The translations under genes and the position numbers were made by a program. Shown here in pieces: positions 8,859 through 18,645 of a stretch of 56,181 nt of DNA (positions are counted from its first letter, which is position 1; each line of letters begins with the position of its first letter). Source of the DNA: an uncultured Chlamydiae bacterium (GTDB lineage: Bacteria > Chlamydiota > Chlamydiia > Chlamydiales > SM23-39); the NCBI GenBank assembly GCA_937899275.1, contig CALBPE010000013.1:1-56181 (forward strand), in the 5' to 3' direction. The notes below the pieces were generated by a model. It did not search any database and was not told the origin of the DNA. It worked only from the letters and a program-made list of their open reading frames with translations.

Positions 8859-10483
8859 CCGCGATTTTCCGCTTTTTGCTGAATACGAACTTCTTGATCC
8901 AATCTACCAAGTTCGTAGCCTTCATAGTCAACAAATTTAAAAAAGCGCTCAAATTGGGGCTGATGATCACAAATTTGCTTCGCCATTTCTTGAGCAATGT
9001 ACCGGTAGCTAGGGTGTCCTGCAGGAGAGGAGCGGAGCTCGCAAAGCCACTGCAACGCGCGTAAATTGATATGAAAATACCAGCGGACATTATACGCCAT
9101 TGGAACGATATACTGCGCTTCTTCAGGAAGCTCTTGGGCAATCACCTGGTAGGCTTCTTTAGCTGTTTCCATCGCACTGATATACGGCTTTTCTAAATCG
9201 GTGTTTGCAATTTCACTGGGAAGAAAATAGCCGTAGTTACAAGAAAGCAGCTGCCTTTCTTGCGTTAGAAGCCGGTGGCGGTGCAGGTCTCTATATACCC
9301 CGAAATCTGCTACAATTTCAAAAGTAAAGTTTGCATGCTCCAAAGCTCGTGGAGATTTATGACGTCTATTTTCTCTAGGAACAGAGGCGGCATCTAAAAC
9401 GCGCATAAGATCTTCTTGAGGCATCTGCCTGCACATATTTTGCAGCTGGTCTAATGGAGCTGCTGTATATTCAAAAAGAAGAGCGCCAGCCACTTTATAA
9501 AGAGCGTCGGGATCAGACTCGATGAGTTTGACTCCAGGAGAGCTGACCGCTTCTGCATCTACTAAAGAACTTGCGGCTAGAAGTTTCAGCTCTTTTTTCA
9601 CTTCTTCGGTAAAATCGGAAAAACTCTGTTGGTATTTGTGGCCTATCTCTGCTCTTCTGACAAAAGAGGGAATAACTTTTTTTAGTTCGCCTTGCATAGA
9701 CTTACCCAGCTCATTGAGCTCGGCTAAATTTTGCGTATGCATTTTCTGTACTAACGACTCGAAAAAACGGCCGTTACCAAAAACGCCCATATTCGTTAGA
9801 GCAGAAGCGGGTAAAAGCCCCCGCAAACAGTCGAGTACCTTAGCTCTTAAAGAAGCTTTATAGGCTGCTTGCGAAATATGATGATTTTTAGGGAACTTTG
9901 CCTCGATGATCTCGGTTAGTTGAGGAATCATGTCGCTATAAGTCTGAAAAAGATGGTTGCATGTATCTAAGTAAAGATCCCGGTAAGCAGAGGTCATTAA
10001 GATCGGTTCTTGATAAAATGCATACTCTCCACCAACTTTCTGATCGAAGTAGATGTATCTTGTGGATTTTTCTAAGGGAGAGCCGCCAATGCGTGCATCT
10101 TCAATGTGTTTTGCCGCAATCATCGAAACGTTTTCTATTGCGAGATGGGCTCCTCCAAGTTCCCCAATCGAATCATCTCCATAACCGTCCAAAATCCGAT
10201 CGTAAAAACTCTTAGCTTTTATAATAGCAAATAAATGCTCATCATTGTGCGCTTCGCCAAATTGCCCTGCAATTTCTGTAAAAGCTGTATCTTCGCTCAA
10301 GATAAATTCCTTGAGAAGAAGAGAGCGAAGACCCAAAGTCGACCGGGAGTAACGGGAAAAAAGCGCGCCTTTGATCACTTCGGGTAAATTTCTTAATACG
10401 AATACATTGCCAGTTGTACTCGACACAAATTGCTGCAAGATTTTGATCTGACTTTCAGAGAATTCTTCATAATTTGGGGGCAT
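8855..10483 (-). CDS. thyX: FAD-dependent thymidylate synthase, long chlamydial-type form
   Basis: 542-aa ORF. It has a ThyX-type motif YRDLHRHRLLTQERQ (RHRxxS/T). The N-terminus (FVLRNLPEVIKGALFSRYSRS) is as in the long chlamydial ThyX proteins. Confidence 0.7.
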   Translation of the reverse strand: MPPNYEEFSESQIKILQQFVSSTTGNVFVLRNLPEVIKGALFSRYSRSTLGLRSLLLKEFILSEDTAFTEIAGQFGEAHNDEHLFAIIKAKSFYDRILDGYGDDSIGELGGAHLAIENVSMIAAKHIEDARIGGSPLEKSTRYIYFDQKVGGEYAFYQEPILMTSAYRDLYLDTCNHLFQTYSDMIPQLTEIIEAKFPKNHHISQAAYKASLRAKVLDCLRGLLPASALTNMGVFGNGRFFESLVQKMHTQNLAELNELGKSMQGELKKVIPSFVRRAEIGHKYQQSFSDFTEEVKKELKLLAASSLVDAEAVSSPGVKLIESDPDALYKVAGALLFEYTAAPLDQLQNMCRQMPQEDLMRVLDAASVPRENRRHKSPRALEHANFTFEIVADFGVYRDLHRHRLLTQERQLLSCNYGYFLPSEIANTDLEKPYISAMETAKEAYQVIAQELPEEAQYIVPMAYNVRWYFHINLRALQWLCELRSSPAGHPSYRYIAQEMAKQICDHQPQFERFFKFVDYEGYELGRLDQEVRIQQKAENRG

Positions 10484-10620
10484 TTCAAAGACCTCGTCCG
10501 TAAGCTATTTCCTATAAGGTTGCCATAGATAGAAGAGACCAATCAAGGAAAAAGCCATCTAACTGAACAGAAAAGCTTAGAGAAAAAATCTAGCTCAAGG
10601 TAAATAAAGAGCAAGGAAGG

Positions 10621-11637
10621 ATGATTTTGCCCCTATCTTTGACACAAAAACCCTCTTTTTCCATCCCAACAAGGCTGCGTAGGCTGCGCTCTAGCTCCGC
10701 TATTCGAACCTTAGTTGAAGAGACCACCTTGCAGAAAAAAGATTTTGTGCAGCCTCTTTTCCTACAAGAAGGCAAATGTTCCATAGAAGAAATCACATCG
10801 ATGCCCCATGTGTTTCGCTATTCGATAGACGAAGCAAAAAAGAAAATCGCCTTTTGTCTAGAAAAAGGCATTTTCAGCTTCGCGCTTTTTCCTGTCATTT
10901 CCCACGAAAAAAAATCTTTCCATGCTAGAGAAGCTCTTTCTGAAGAAGGGGTGATTCCACAAGCGCTAATCGAGCTAAAAAAAAGCTTTCCCGAAGCGTA
11001 TTTTATCGTAGATATTGCGCTGGATCCCTACACCTCACATGGCCACGACGGCTTGCTGGATGAGAGGGGAGAAGTGGCAAACGATCCCACAATCGACGTC
11101 TTACAAAAAATGTCGATTCTCTACGCTTCTTGTGGAGCTGATATGCTAGCTCCAAGCGATATGATGGATGGAAGAATCGGCTGCATACGAAAAGCGCTCG
11201 ATGATGCAGGATGGCAGGCGGCAGCGCTTTTATCCTACAGCGCAAAATATGCATCTACCTTCTACGGCCCTTTTCGAAATGCGGTAAAAGCGGGGTCTTT
11301 ACAAGGGACAAAAGCCTCTTACCAGCTAAATCCTGCAAATAAAAGAGAAGCGCTTTTAGAAGCAGAGCTTGATGCAAAAGAACATGCCGATATCCTCATG
11401 ATCAAGCCTGCAGGCCATTATGTAGACATCATCTCATCTATCAAATCTCAGACAAAACGGCCTATAGCTGCGTACCACGTCAGCGGCGAGTATGCGATGA
11501 TTTTAGCAGCTGAAGAAAAAGGGATTTTCTCTGCAGAAAAAGCGTTTTTTGAAGTGTTTTTAAGCATCAAAAGGGCGGGAGCTGATCTTATTTTCACCTA
11601 TGCAATTGACTATATCCTGCCTTATTTAGAAAAGTAA
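10621..11637 (+). CDS. hemB: Porphobilinogen synthase (delta-aminolevulinate dehydratase)
   Basis: 338-aa ORF with RLRRLR...IRTLVEET, QPLF and an active-site region (MIKPAGHYVDII, AAYHVSGEYAM). AAGGAAGG lies immediately upstream of the ATG. Confidence 0.93.
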   Translation: MILPLSLTQKPSFSIPTRLRRLRSSSAIRTLVEETTLQKKDFVQPLFLQEGKCSIEEITSMPHVFRYSIDEAKKKIAFCLEKGIFSFALFPVISHEKKSFHAREALSEEGVIPQALIELKKSFPEAYFIVDIALDPYTSHGHDGLLDERGEVANDPTIDVLQKMSILYASCGADMLAPSDMMDGRIGCIRKALDDAGWQAAALLSYSAKYASTFYGPFRNAVKAGSLQGTKASYQLNPANKREALLEAELDAKEHADILMIKPAGHYVDIISSIKSQTKRPIAAYHVSGEYAMILAAEEKGIFSAEKAFFEVFLSIKRAGADLIFTYAIDYILPYLEK

Positions 11638-11643
11638 TGCAGC

Positions 11644-13779
11644 CTAATGCGGCAGAAAAGCCCCGAATCGATCTTCATATAAGGTGTCGTAAAGAGATGT
11701 TCCCGTGGCGGCAACCCCTCCTACATCGCGCAATCTAGCAGGCATCGAGTAGCCCAATTTTTTTCGGCTACTTTTGGTAAGGAAAAAGTCTAAAGGGATC
11801 GAAAAAGAAAATCCTTTATCGAAGTAGCGCTTTCCATAGACCCGGTCATTTCCATTGGTAAATGTCATCCAACGGCCCAGATGAAAGCCTGAAGAAAATG
11901 TTTTTCCAGCTTCCAGTCGAACGCCTATATCTCTCGCCAGAAACTGCCCTATACGCGCTCTACAATCTACTGCATACCGAGCTGCATTATAGTAGATAGA
12001 AAAAAAGTATTGCCTACCTACATAAGGCACATAGAAAGGAGTAAGACCTTGTAATTTCCGGATCTTTTCTTGAAAAGAAAAACCGTGGTAACTTCTTTTC
12101 AGCAGTAAAGCGCCCTCCACTCCAAAAGCCCATCTACTATCAATTGGATTGTAAAGACACTCTGCTGCAACACCTGCATAAGCCGTCTCAAAGTACCCTA
12201 CACTACCTTTGAGAAAAACGCCTTTTCCTACAGTCCAGTTTTTCTGCAAAAACGCTTCATCTAAATGGATAGAGCTCGACTGTTCATAAAGCGCCGCATC
12301 GGAGCGGACATTGATGATCTGAGAGGGGTTTTCTGTATCAATTGCAATCATATCGCTGGCATTGCTCTGCCCTATATAACGGCCCGAAAGTAGGTAGTAT
12401 ACGCTGCCAAGATAACCATCTAATGCACCTTTAATACCTACATTGTACTGAAACTTTCCCGTTGAGCTGCCAAAGTAGGAGCGAAAAATGGGACGAAAGG
12501 TATAGAGCATCAACGGTTTTTTTCTATGATACAAGCGCTGCCCTAGGCTATGCTCTTGGCAGTCTACATCTTGTAAAGGAGACAAAACGGCTAGTTCATA
12601 AGCAGATAAAGCTCCCTCTTTATACCGCTTTAAATCCTCTTTTCTAAAAGTATACTCCTGGGTCAAAAGGCCGCCTGACTCTAAGGTTACCTTGGCAGAT
12701 GCAATTGTTTTGGGAAGAAGATTTGCTAAGATCTCTTCAATACGCTGTCTGACTACTCGCTCTTTTCGGTAAGTGGTGTTGGCCACCTCAATATAAAGGC
12801 GCTCATTTTTCCGTCGAAGCGATAGTAAAGAAAAGCCTTGTTCAGAAAAGGCCGCTTCTACTTCCTGAGGAAAGTCTCTATTTTGCACAGCGCCCAAAGG
12901 TGCGTTTCGATATAAAGGGGGATTTTGCGATTTGGGAAAAAAACCCCTGGCATCTCCCAAATTATATTGCAGAGAGGCAAACGCCTCGATCTGTTGCATA
13001 CCAGCTGCGCTCATCGATAGCTGCAGCTCGTCTATAGGCTTCCAAAAAAATCCCATGTTCCAAGAAGAGCCCTTCTGTAGTTTAGCGACATCATCTGCAT
13101 GGTAGTCTTTGTTGACCCCGCTATATTCTAGGCCTAAAGAAAACGCGTCCATCCAAGAATTTTTCCCTCGAAAAGGAGTCCATAAAGCCGCTGCAAAAGG
13201 CCCATTAATCCTTCCCCATCCCCAGCCTAAAGAGCACTCTAGATCTACCTCTGGAAAAGTTTTTGTAGATACGGTGTAGATAGAAAAAAACCGCCTTTGG
13301 CCAATCACATCCCGAAAACCTATAGCCCAAAAGGGAAAACCGCTTTGCCCATCTTTTTCGTGTAAAAAAGACCATTTTAGGTGCATCGACCTATCGATCC
13401 CTTTTCCGGCATAACCAGATGTTTTTTCTGGAAAAGTCACATAATTGCCTCCCAATTCCAAGCGGGAAAACAATTGCAAAGAGCCGTTATACATCTGATA
13501 AGGAGGAGCGTAGGCTCCTGAAAGAACGACTAGTCCCTCCTTTGCAGGCCTTGCAGAAGGGGCGCTAAAATATCCTGAAGATCCCCACGAATTAAAAAAT
13601 AGAGGCAAATGATCCCGCTTTTTTCGGTCGATATTTTCTACTACAGAAAGATCCTGTAAAAGCCTTTCGGTTGCATCATAAGGCTGGTCCAGCGAAGTAC
13701 AAAAGCAGGCAGGCGCTATAAAAAAAAGACTAAAGGAAAACAAAACAAAGAAAAGTTGCATAATATAAGATGAGCGCAT
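11644..13779 (-). CDS. YjbH/GfcD-family outer-membrane protein (exopolysaccharide-associated beta-barrel)
   Basis: 711-aa ORF with a signal peptide (MQLFFVLFSFSLFFIAPACFC). Blocks resemble E. coli YjbH as I recall it: FPFWAIGFRDVIGQ...LGWGWG, and C-terminal AECLYNPIDSRWAFGVEG...FDKGFSFSIPLDFF. Confidence 0.65.
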   Translation of the reverse strand: MRSSYIMQLFFVLFSFSLFFIAPACFCTSLDQPYDATERLLQDLSVVENIDRKKRDHLPLFFNSWGSSGYFSAPSARPAKEGLVVLSGAYAPPYQMYNGSLQLFSRLELGGNYVTFPEKTSGYAGKGIDRSMHLKWSFLHEKDGQSGFPFWAIGFRDVIGQRRFFSIYTVSTKTFPEVDLECSLGWGWGRINGPFAAALWTPFRGKNSWMDAFSLGLEYSGVNKDYHADDVAKLQKGSSWNMGFFWKPIDELQLSMSAAGMQQIEAFASLQYNLGDARGFFPKSQNPPLYRNAPLGAVQNRDFPQEVEAAFSEQGFSLLSLRRKNERLYIEVANTTYRKERVVRQRIEEILANLLPKTIASAKVTLESGGLLTQEYTFRKEDLKRYKEGALSAYELAVLSPLQDVDCQEHSLGQRLYHRKKPLMLYTFRPIFRSYFGSSTGKFQYNVGIKGALDGYLGSVYYLLSGRYIGQSNASDMIAIDTENPSQIINVRSDAALYEQSSSIHLDEAFLQKNWTVGKGVFLKGSVGYFETAYAGVAAECLYNPIDSRWAFGVEGALLLKRSYHGFSFQEKIRKLQGLTPFYVPYVGRQYFFSIYYNAARYAVDCRARIGQFLARDIGVRLEAGKTFSSGFHLGRWMTFTNGNDRVYGKRYFDKGFSFSIPLDFFLTKSSRKKLGYSMPARLRDVGGVAATGTSLYDTLYEDRFGAFLPH

Positions 13780-13992
13780 GAGTTTGATTTTGCCCGAACA
13801 AATGGGTTTTTTGGCAAAGAATTTATCCCAATTTTCCTAAGAGCCAAAGAGTTCTTTTAAAAATGCATACAAATATATGCACAAAAAACCGTAAAATGGA
13901 TAATTTTTTCTATTTCTATACGCGGAACGTTGAAGGTTTTAGACCTATGCGATACAATTTCCCCATTAAGAAAACTTTTCGGGAATGTACAC

Positions 13993-16137
13993 ATGACTTA
14001 CCTTGGCGATTTCAAAATACGAATAGAAAAAAATGACTATCCCGGTTTTTTAAAATTATGGGAAGAATACTGTTACAGCGACGAATTTGATACAGAAGAG
14101 CTGATTACGATATTAACTTTGAGTATGCACGCGCCTCTTGCCGCATCGTTCGGCACGCATGTGGAAAAAGGGCTGTTGTTATGGGAAAAAATACCCCAGA
14201 AAAAAGAATCACAAAAAGTTCTTAAGCTCATTTTCCAAATACAAAATACCCACTCAGAAAAGCTCTATGAAATTGGCATGCGTTTTTTAGAAGAAATGTA
14301 TCCTAACGACCCTTTGTTTCAGGAAAAAATTCGGATGATCCACTTACGACCTGGCGAGCAGTTTAAAGGTGCTATTGGTAACTACGAGCTACTCACTCAT
14401 ATGAAAAAAGGCAATTTTGTCTTTCATAGTGGAGGATGGGGCGCAAGTGAGATTCTTGAAGTATCGATGATCCGAGAAGAGCTTTCTTTAGAATGTGAAC
14501 ATGTAGTGGGAGTAAAACACCTCTCTTTCGTCAATGCATTTAAAACGCTTATCCCAATAGAACAAGACCATTTTTTAGCTCGACGTTTTGGCGATCCCGA
14601 CTTATTAGAAAAACAAGCGAGAGAAAATCCCGTTGAAGTGCTCCGCACTCTTCTGAAAGATTTAGGCCCCAAAACGGCAGCAGAAATCAAAGAAGAGCTC
14701 ATCGACCTTGTCATCCCCGAATCTTCCTGGAATCGCTGGTGGCAAAATGCTCGAAACAAACTCAAAAAAGACACCAAAGTATCCTGTCCTCAGGCTCTAC
14801 GAGAACCGTTTTCTTTATTGGAAGAAGAGGTGCCCCACGAAGTAGCATTTTATAAAGCGTTAGAGGAAAAACCTTCTGTAGAAGAAACCATCCAAATGGT
14901 TTACAGTTTTCTTCGGGATTTTTCCGAAACCTTGAAAAATAAAGATTTCAAGGCCTCTTTAGAAAAAAGAATCCAAGAACTTTTAGAAGCAAAAGAGCTT
15001 AACGAGGGTCAAAGACTTTCCCTACTGTTCTTTTTAGACGACTTAAAAGCGCTCAAAAAAACCTCTGAGATCAAAGAGCTCATTGAATCGATAGAAGACC
15101 CTCTAGATTTTTTACAAAAAATCGATGTGATCTCCTTGAAAAAACGGACTTTGACATTGATCCGCTCAATCCGAAGCGATTGGGAAAAAATATTCATGGA
15201 CCTTCTTTTCGCTATCGAACAAAACCTTCTTAGAGATTATCTGATTCAAGAATTGAAAAACGCAGCAGGTCTTCTTGAAAAAATCCAAGAGCTTGTATCC
15301 CACCCACTATCGTATCCCGATGTATTTGTTTGGTACTTCCAGAAGATCTTAGATGGAAAAAAGCTTCCCTTTAGCGATAAGGAAGGGCTCCCTCTCTTTT
15401 TTGAAGGGTTTTTAATTCTATTAGACCATACAGAAAAGCGCCAAGAGCTGAAAGACTTGTCTAAGAAAATGCTTTCGCTCCTCTTACACAATCGGTATAA
15501 AATGGTCCGGGATATGATGCAGCTGGCCTCTATTGAACAGGCAGAAGAATTCATCCTTCTTGCGACAAAATGTGCAGCTTTAACCGACCATGATCGAAAA
15601 ATTATCCACTCGCTTGCTGAAGTTGCCTTTCCTGCGCTTGCAAAGGGAAAAAAATCAGAAGAAGAAGAAGAGATCATCTGGACAACGCAGACAGGCTACC
15701 AAAAAATCAAAGAGCGCATTGAAAAAATCGCCACGGTTGAAACAGTAGAAAACGCAAAAGAAATTGAAGAAGCGAGATCGCATGGAGACTTGCGGGAAAA
15801 TTCTGAATTTAAATTTGCCTTAGAAAAAAGAGAGAGACTGCAAGCAGAACTTAAAGCTCTTTCTGATCAGCTCCAATTTTCTAGAATCATCACAAAAGCA
15901 GATGTTCCCGAAGGACGCGTGGGCGTAGGATCGATTGTGGTATGCAAAAATGGAGAAGGAGCCGTTCAAGAGTTTACGATTTTAGGCCCTTGGGACGCCA
16001 ATCCTGAAGAGCGGATTTTATCCTTCCAATCGAAGTTTGCTAAAGCAATGCAAGGCCTAGCTATCAATGAGAGTTTTTCTTTCCAAGGGGAGAAATTCAC
16101 CATCGTAGAGATCCGAAATTATCTAGAGTCCAAGTAA
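13993..16137 (+). CDS. greA: Transcript cleavage factor GreA, long chlamydial form with ~570-aa N-terminal extension
   Basis: The C-terminal ~150 aa are canonical GreA (HGDLRENSEFKFALEKRERLQAEL...VGVGSIV...FTILGP). The ATG at 13993 is preferred over the TTG at 13930 used by the ORF track. Confidence 0.8.
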   Translation: MTYLGDFKIRIEKNDYPGFLKLWEEYCYSDEFDTEELITILTLSMHAPLAASFGTHVEKGLLLWEKIPQKKESQKVLKLIFQIQNTHSEKLYEIGMRFLEEMYPNDPLFQEKIRMIHLRPGEQFKGAIGNYELLTHMKKGNFVFHSGGWGASEILEVSMIREELSLECEHVVGVKHLSFVNAFKTLIPIEQDHFLARRFGDPDLLEKQARENPVEVLRTLLKDLGPKTAAEIKEELIDLVIPESSWNRWWQNARNKLKKDTKVSCPQALREPFSLLEEEVPHEVAFYKALEEKPSVEETIQMVYSFLRDFSETLKNKDFKASLEKRIQELLEAKELNEGQRLSLLFFLDDLKALKKTSEIKELIESIEDPLDFLQKIDVISLKKRTLTLIRSIRSDWEKIFMDLLFAIEQNLLRDYLIQELKNAAGLLEKIQELVSHPLSYPDVFVWYFQKILDGKKLPFSDKEGLPLFFEGFLILLDHTEKRQELKDLSKKMLSLLLHNRYKMVRDMMQLASIEQAEEFILLATKCAALTDHDRKIIHSLAEVAFPALAKGKKSEEEEEIIWTTQTGYQKIKERIEKIATVETVENAKEIEEARSHGDLRENSEFKFALEKRERLQAELKALSDQLQFSRIITKADVPEGRVGVGSIVVCKNGEGAVQEFTILGPWDANPEERILSFQSKFAKAMQGLAINESFSFQGEKFTIVEIRNYLESK

Positions 16138-16204
16138 TCTTTGTTAGGGAATATCTCTTGGAATATTCCCAATGTGTTATAGTGGAACCATAGGAAAAAG
16201 CTCA

Positions 16205-16849
16205 ATGAAAGATCCTACCGACTTTGTCGATACAAAAAACACCCTTTCTACCACCTTGGTGATTGCAAGCGGCAATGTGCATAAAATCCGAGAGTGTAAA
16301 GAGATCCTAAAAACGATTTTCTCTATCGATATCTTAACTCTCCGCGATTTTCCAGCCTATACGCCCCCTGAAGAAACGGGCTCTTCTTTTGAGGAAAATG
16401 CCTCGATTAAAGCGGTACATGCTGCAGAAGCACTAGGAGCATTAGTCATCGCTGATGATTCAGGGCTGGTTGTTCCTGCGCTTAACGGCAAACCAGGCGT
16501 TTTTTCTGCAAGGTACGCAGGAGTAGATGCCACAGATAGGGAAAATAGAAAAAAACTTCTATTAGATATGGAAGATCTAAAAGAAGAAGATAGATTCGCT
16601 TATTATCAATGCTGCATTGCACTTGCCTCTCCAAAAGGGTTAGAAAAATGCGTCGAGGGCAAATGTGAAGGAAAACTACTACGCCAGGAAAAAGGCGGCG
16701 AAGGTTTTGGATACGATCCTCTTTTTGTAAAACACGATTACAACAAAACGTTTGCTGAACTGACAGAGTCGATCAAAAACAGGATCTCCCACCGAAGAAA
16801 AGCCTTAGATAAAATCCTTCCCTTTCTCGAAGATCGGTTATCTAAATGA
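16205..16849 (+). CDS. rdgB: Non-canonical purine NTP pyrophosphatase (dITP/XTP), RdgB/HAM1 family
   Basis: LVIASGNVHKIRE, ADDSGLVVPALNGKPGVFSARY, GFGYDPLF and ISHRRKAL are present. The start is taken at the ATG at 16205 (the track begins at 16172). Confidence 0.85.
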   Translation: MKDPTDFVDTKNTLSTTLVIASGNVHKIRECKEILKTIFSIDILTLRDFPAYTPPEETGSSFEENASIKAVHAAEALGALVIADDSGLVVPALNGKPGVFSARYAGVDATDRENRKKLLLDMEDLKEEDRFAYYQCCIALASPKGLEKCVEGKCEGKLLRQEKGGEGFGYDPLFVKHDYNKTFAELTESIKNRISHRRKALDKILPFLEDRLSK

Positions 16850-17310
16850 AGTACCTTGTAGATGGCTACAATGTACTTTTCCACCTAAAAGAAATAGCCC
16901 ACCTACAAACAAATAGAGAAGAGCTATTAGAGGCTTTTTCTCACTCTCTTTCTTGTTTTAAAGAACGTGTAGAAATCATTTTTGATGGAACCCACTTTCT
17001 AGATGAGCAAAGCGGCCTGCAATACTTCCCTGCATTTCTAGTCGCTTTTTCAAGCCATCAGCAAACAGCAGACGAGTATATAATAGAAAAAATTGCCTAC
17101 AGCAAGTCGCCCAAAAACTTGACCGTCATCACCAATGATCAAGGTCTCGCGAGAAAAGCTAAGGAACTATTGGCCCATGTCCAATCAATTACTTGGTTTT
17201 TAGAAAAAATCCGGAAAAAAAATAAGGTAAAAAAAGAAAAACCGACAGTAGACTCTGATTGGCATATGGAAAGGCTAAAAAAGATTTTCGAACAAAAAGG
17301 TCGAGAATAA
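16846..17310 (+). CDS. YacP-like NYN-domain (predicted RNase) protein
   Basis: 154-aa ORF with MKYLVDGYNVLF...IIFDG...TADEYIIEKI...VITNDQGL, matching the YacP/DUF901 pattern. It has an ATGA overlap with the rdgB stop. Confidence 0.7.
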   Translation: MKYLVDGYNVLFHLKEIAHLQTNREELLEAFSHSLSCFKERVEIIFDGTHFLDEQSGLQYFPAFLVAFSSHQQTADEYIIEKIAYSKSPKNLTVITNDQGLARKAKELLAHVQSITWFLEKIRKKNKVKKEKPTVDSDWHMERLKKIFEQKGRE

Positions 17311-17317
17311 CTATCCA

Positions 17318-18343
17318 TTACCCTACCGTCAAAGGGGAACTCTCTTCAAAAGATTGCCAGTCAAACTCGCGCAACATTTGCAAAACTGCTTCGGGATTTT
17401 TTTCTGATAAAACACTATCTCGAAGTTCCTTAGAGCCGGGAATTGTCCGCAAAAACCAGCTGCCAACGCGGCGCATATCCAACAGAGCTTTCTTGTCGGG
17501 CTGATACTGTACAATTTCTTGAAAGTGCGCTAAAAAATACTCTTTTATCTCTAAAATAGAGCGACTATTCACCTTTCCAGTTGCATAGAAATGCGCAATA
17601 TCTTCTACGATCCAGGGCTGTCCCATTGTGCCTCGTGCAACAAGTATCCCATCTGCTCCAGTTTGGTCAAATAGGTTTTTTGCGCTGATGGGATCAAATA
17701 CGTCGCCATTGGCAAATACAGGAAGAGAGCGGACAGCTTGTTTCGCTTCTCGAATGGGGCTAAAGGCCGCTTTGCCTTTATAGGCTTGCTGCCTTGTGCG
17801 ACCATGAATTGTGATTAAAGAAGCTCCTGCTTCTTCCGCAATCACAGCAATTTCCCTTGCGTTGATTGACTCATCATCCCATCCTGCACGGATTTTTAAG
17901 CTGACTGGCAAGGAAGTAGAAGAAACCATTTTATGTAAGATATCGCCAATTTTTTCTGGATTTCTTAAAAGAGCAGATCCGCTGCCATCTTTTGTGATTT
18001 TATCGACAGGACATCCGCAGTTCAGATCGATCCAGTCAAATCCTAAATCTTCGATCATATGACAAGAGTCTGCCACATAATCGATGTTACTTCCACATAG
18101 CTGCGCTCCAATCGGATGCATAGAAGCATCATAATCGAGAAGGCGGTGCGTTGTAGGCTCGCGCCTAATGAGCGCATCCATTTTTACCATTTCACAAAAA
18201 AAGAGCCCGGGACGAACGGAGGAAAGAGAGCTAATTGCCATTCTACGAAAAGGATAATCGGAGCATCCAGCTAAAGGAGCATAAAAAATGTTATTGTCTA
18301 GTAGGAGGTTTCCTATAGTAAAGGAAGAGGTGTAGCGGCTCAT
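17318..18343 (-). CDS. dus: tRNA-dihydrouridine synthase
   Basis: 341-aa ORF with APLAGCSDYPFRR, DLNCGCP and ITIHGRTRQQ.YKG, the hallmarks of the Dus family. Confidence 0.87.
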   Translation of the reverse strand: MSRYTSSFTIGNLLLDNNIFYAPLAGCSDYPFRRMAISSLSSVRPGLFFCEMVKMDALIRREPTTHRLLDYDASMHPIGAQLCGSNIDYVADSCHMIEDLGFDWIDLNCGCPVDKITKDGSGSALLRNPEKIGDILHKMVSSTSLPVSLKIRAGWDDESINAREIAVIAEEAGASLITIHGRTRQQAYKGKAAFSPIREAKQAVRSLPVFANGDVFDPISAKNLFDQTGADGILVARGTMGQPWIVEDIAHFYATGKVNSRSILEIKEYFLAHFQEIVQYQPDKKALLDMRRVGSWFLRTIPGSKELRDSVLSEKNPEAVLQMLREFDWQSFEESSPLTVG

Positions 18344-18645
18344 AGAAAATTGAGTAGCAAAAACTTGAGAAATCCAAGCGCAAGCATGGCCACAAATACG
18401 CTGATATCTATTACACCTATAGGAGGAATCCTTTCTCTAAAAAATCGAAGATAGGGCTCTGTGTAATGATAGATAAAATGCATGAAAGTATATCTTTGAA
18501 TTTCTGGAATCCAAGACCCCACAATCCGCACAAGAATCATGAAATAATAAACAGTAAACAGAAGATCAATCACTTGAAAGAACATGAAGATAACGCCTTT
18601 TGTAAACGACACGATTATAGCAAAAAAACAGAAAAAATCCAGCAA
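18340..18645 (-). CDS. YggT-family membrane protein
   Basis: 101-aa ORF with LVRIVGSWIPE...YTEPYLRFFRERIPPIGVIDISV, typical of YggT. It has an ATGA overlap with the dus start. The true start may be the internal Met21. Confidence 0.7.
   Translation of the reverse strand: MLDFFCFFAIIVSFTKGVIFMFFQVIDLLFTVYYFMILVRIVGSWIPEIQRYTFMHFIYHYTEPYLRFFRERIPPIGVIDISVFVAMLALGFLKFLLLNFL

Noticed and set aside
13864-13881. Inverted repeat TGCATA-N6-TATGCA upstream of greA
   Set aside because: The arms are only 6 bp in AT-rich intergenic DNA, which is expected by chance. There is no second copy or supporting context.
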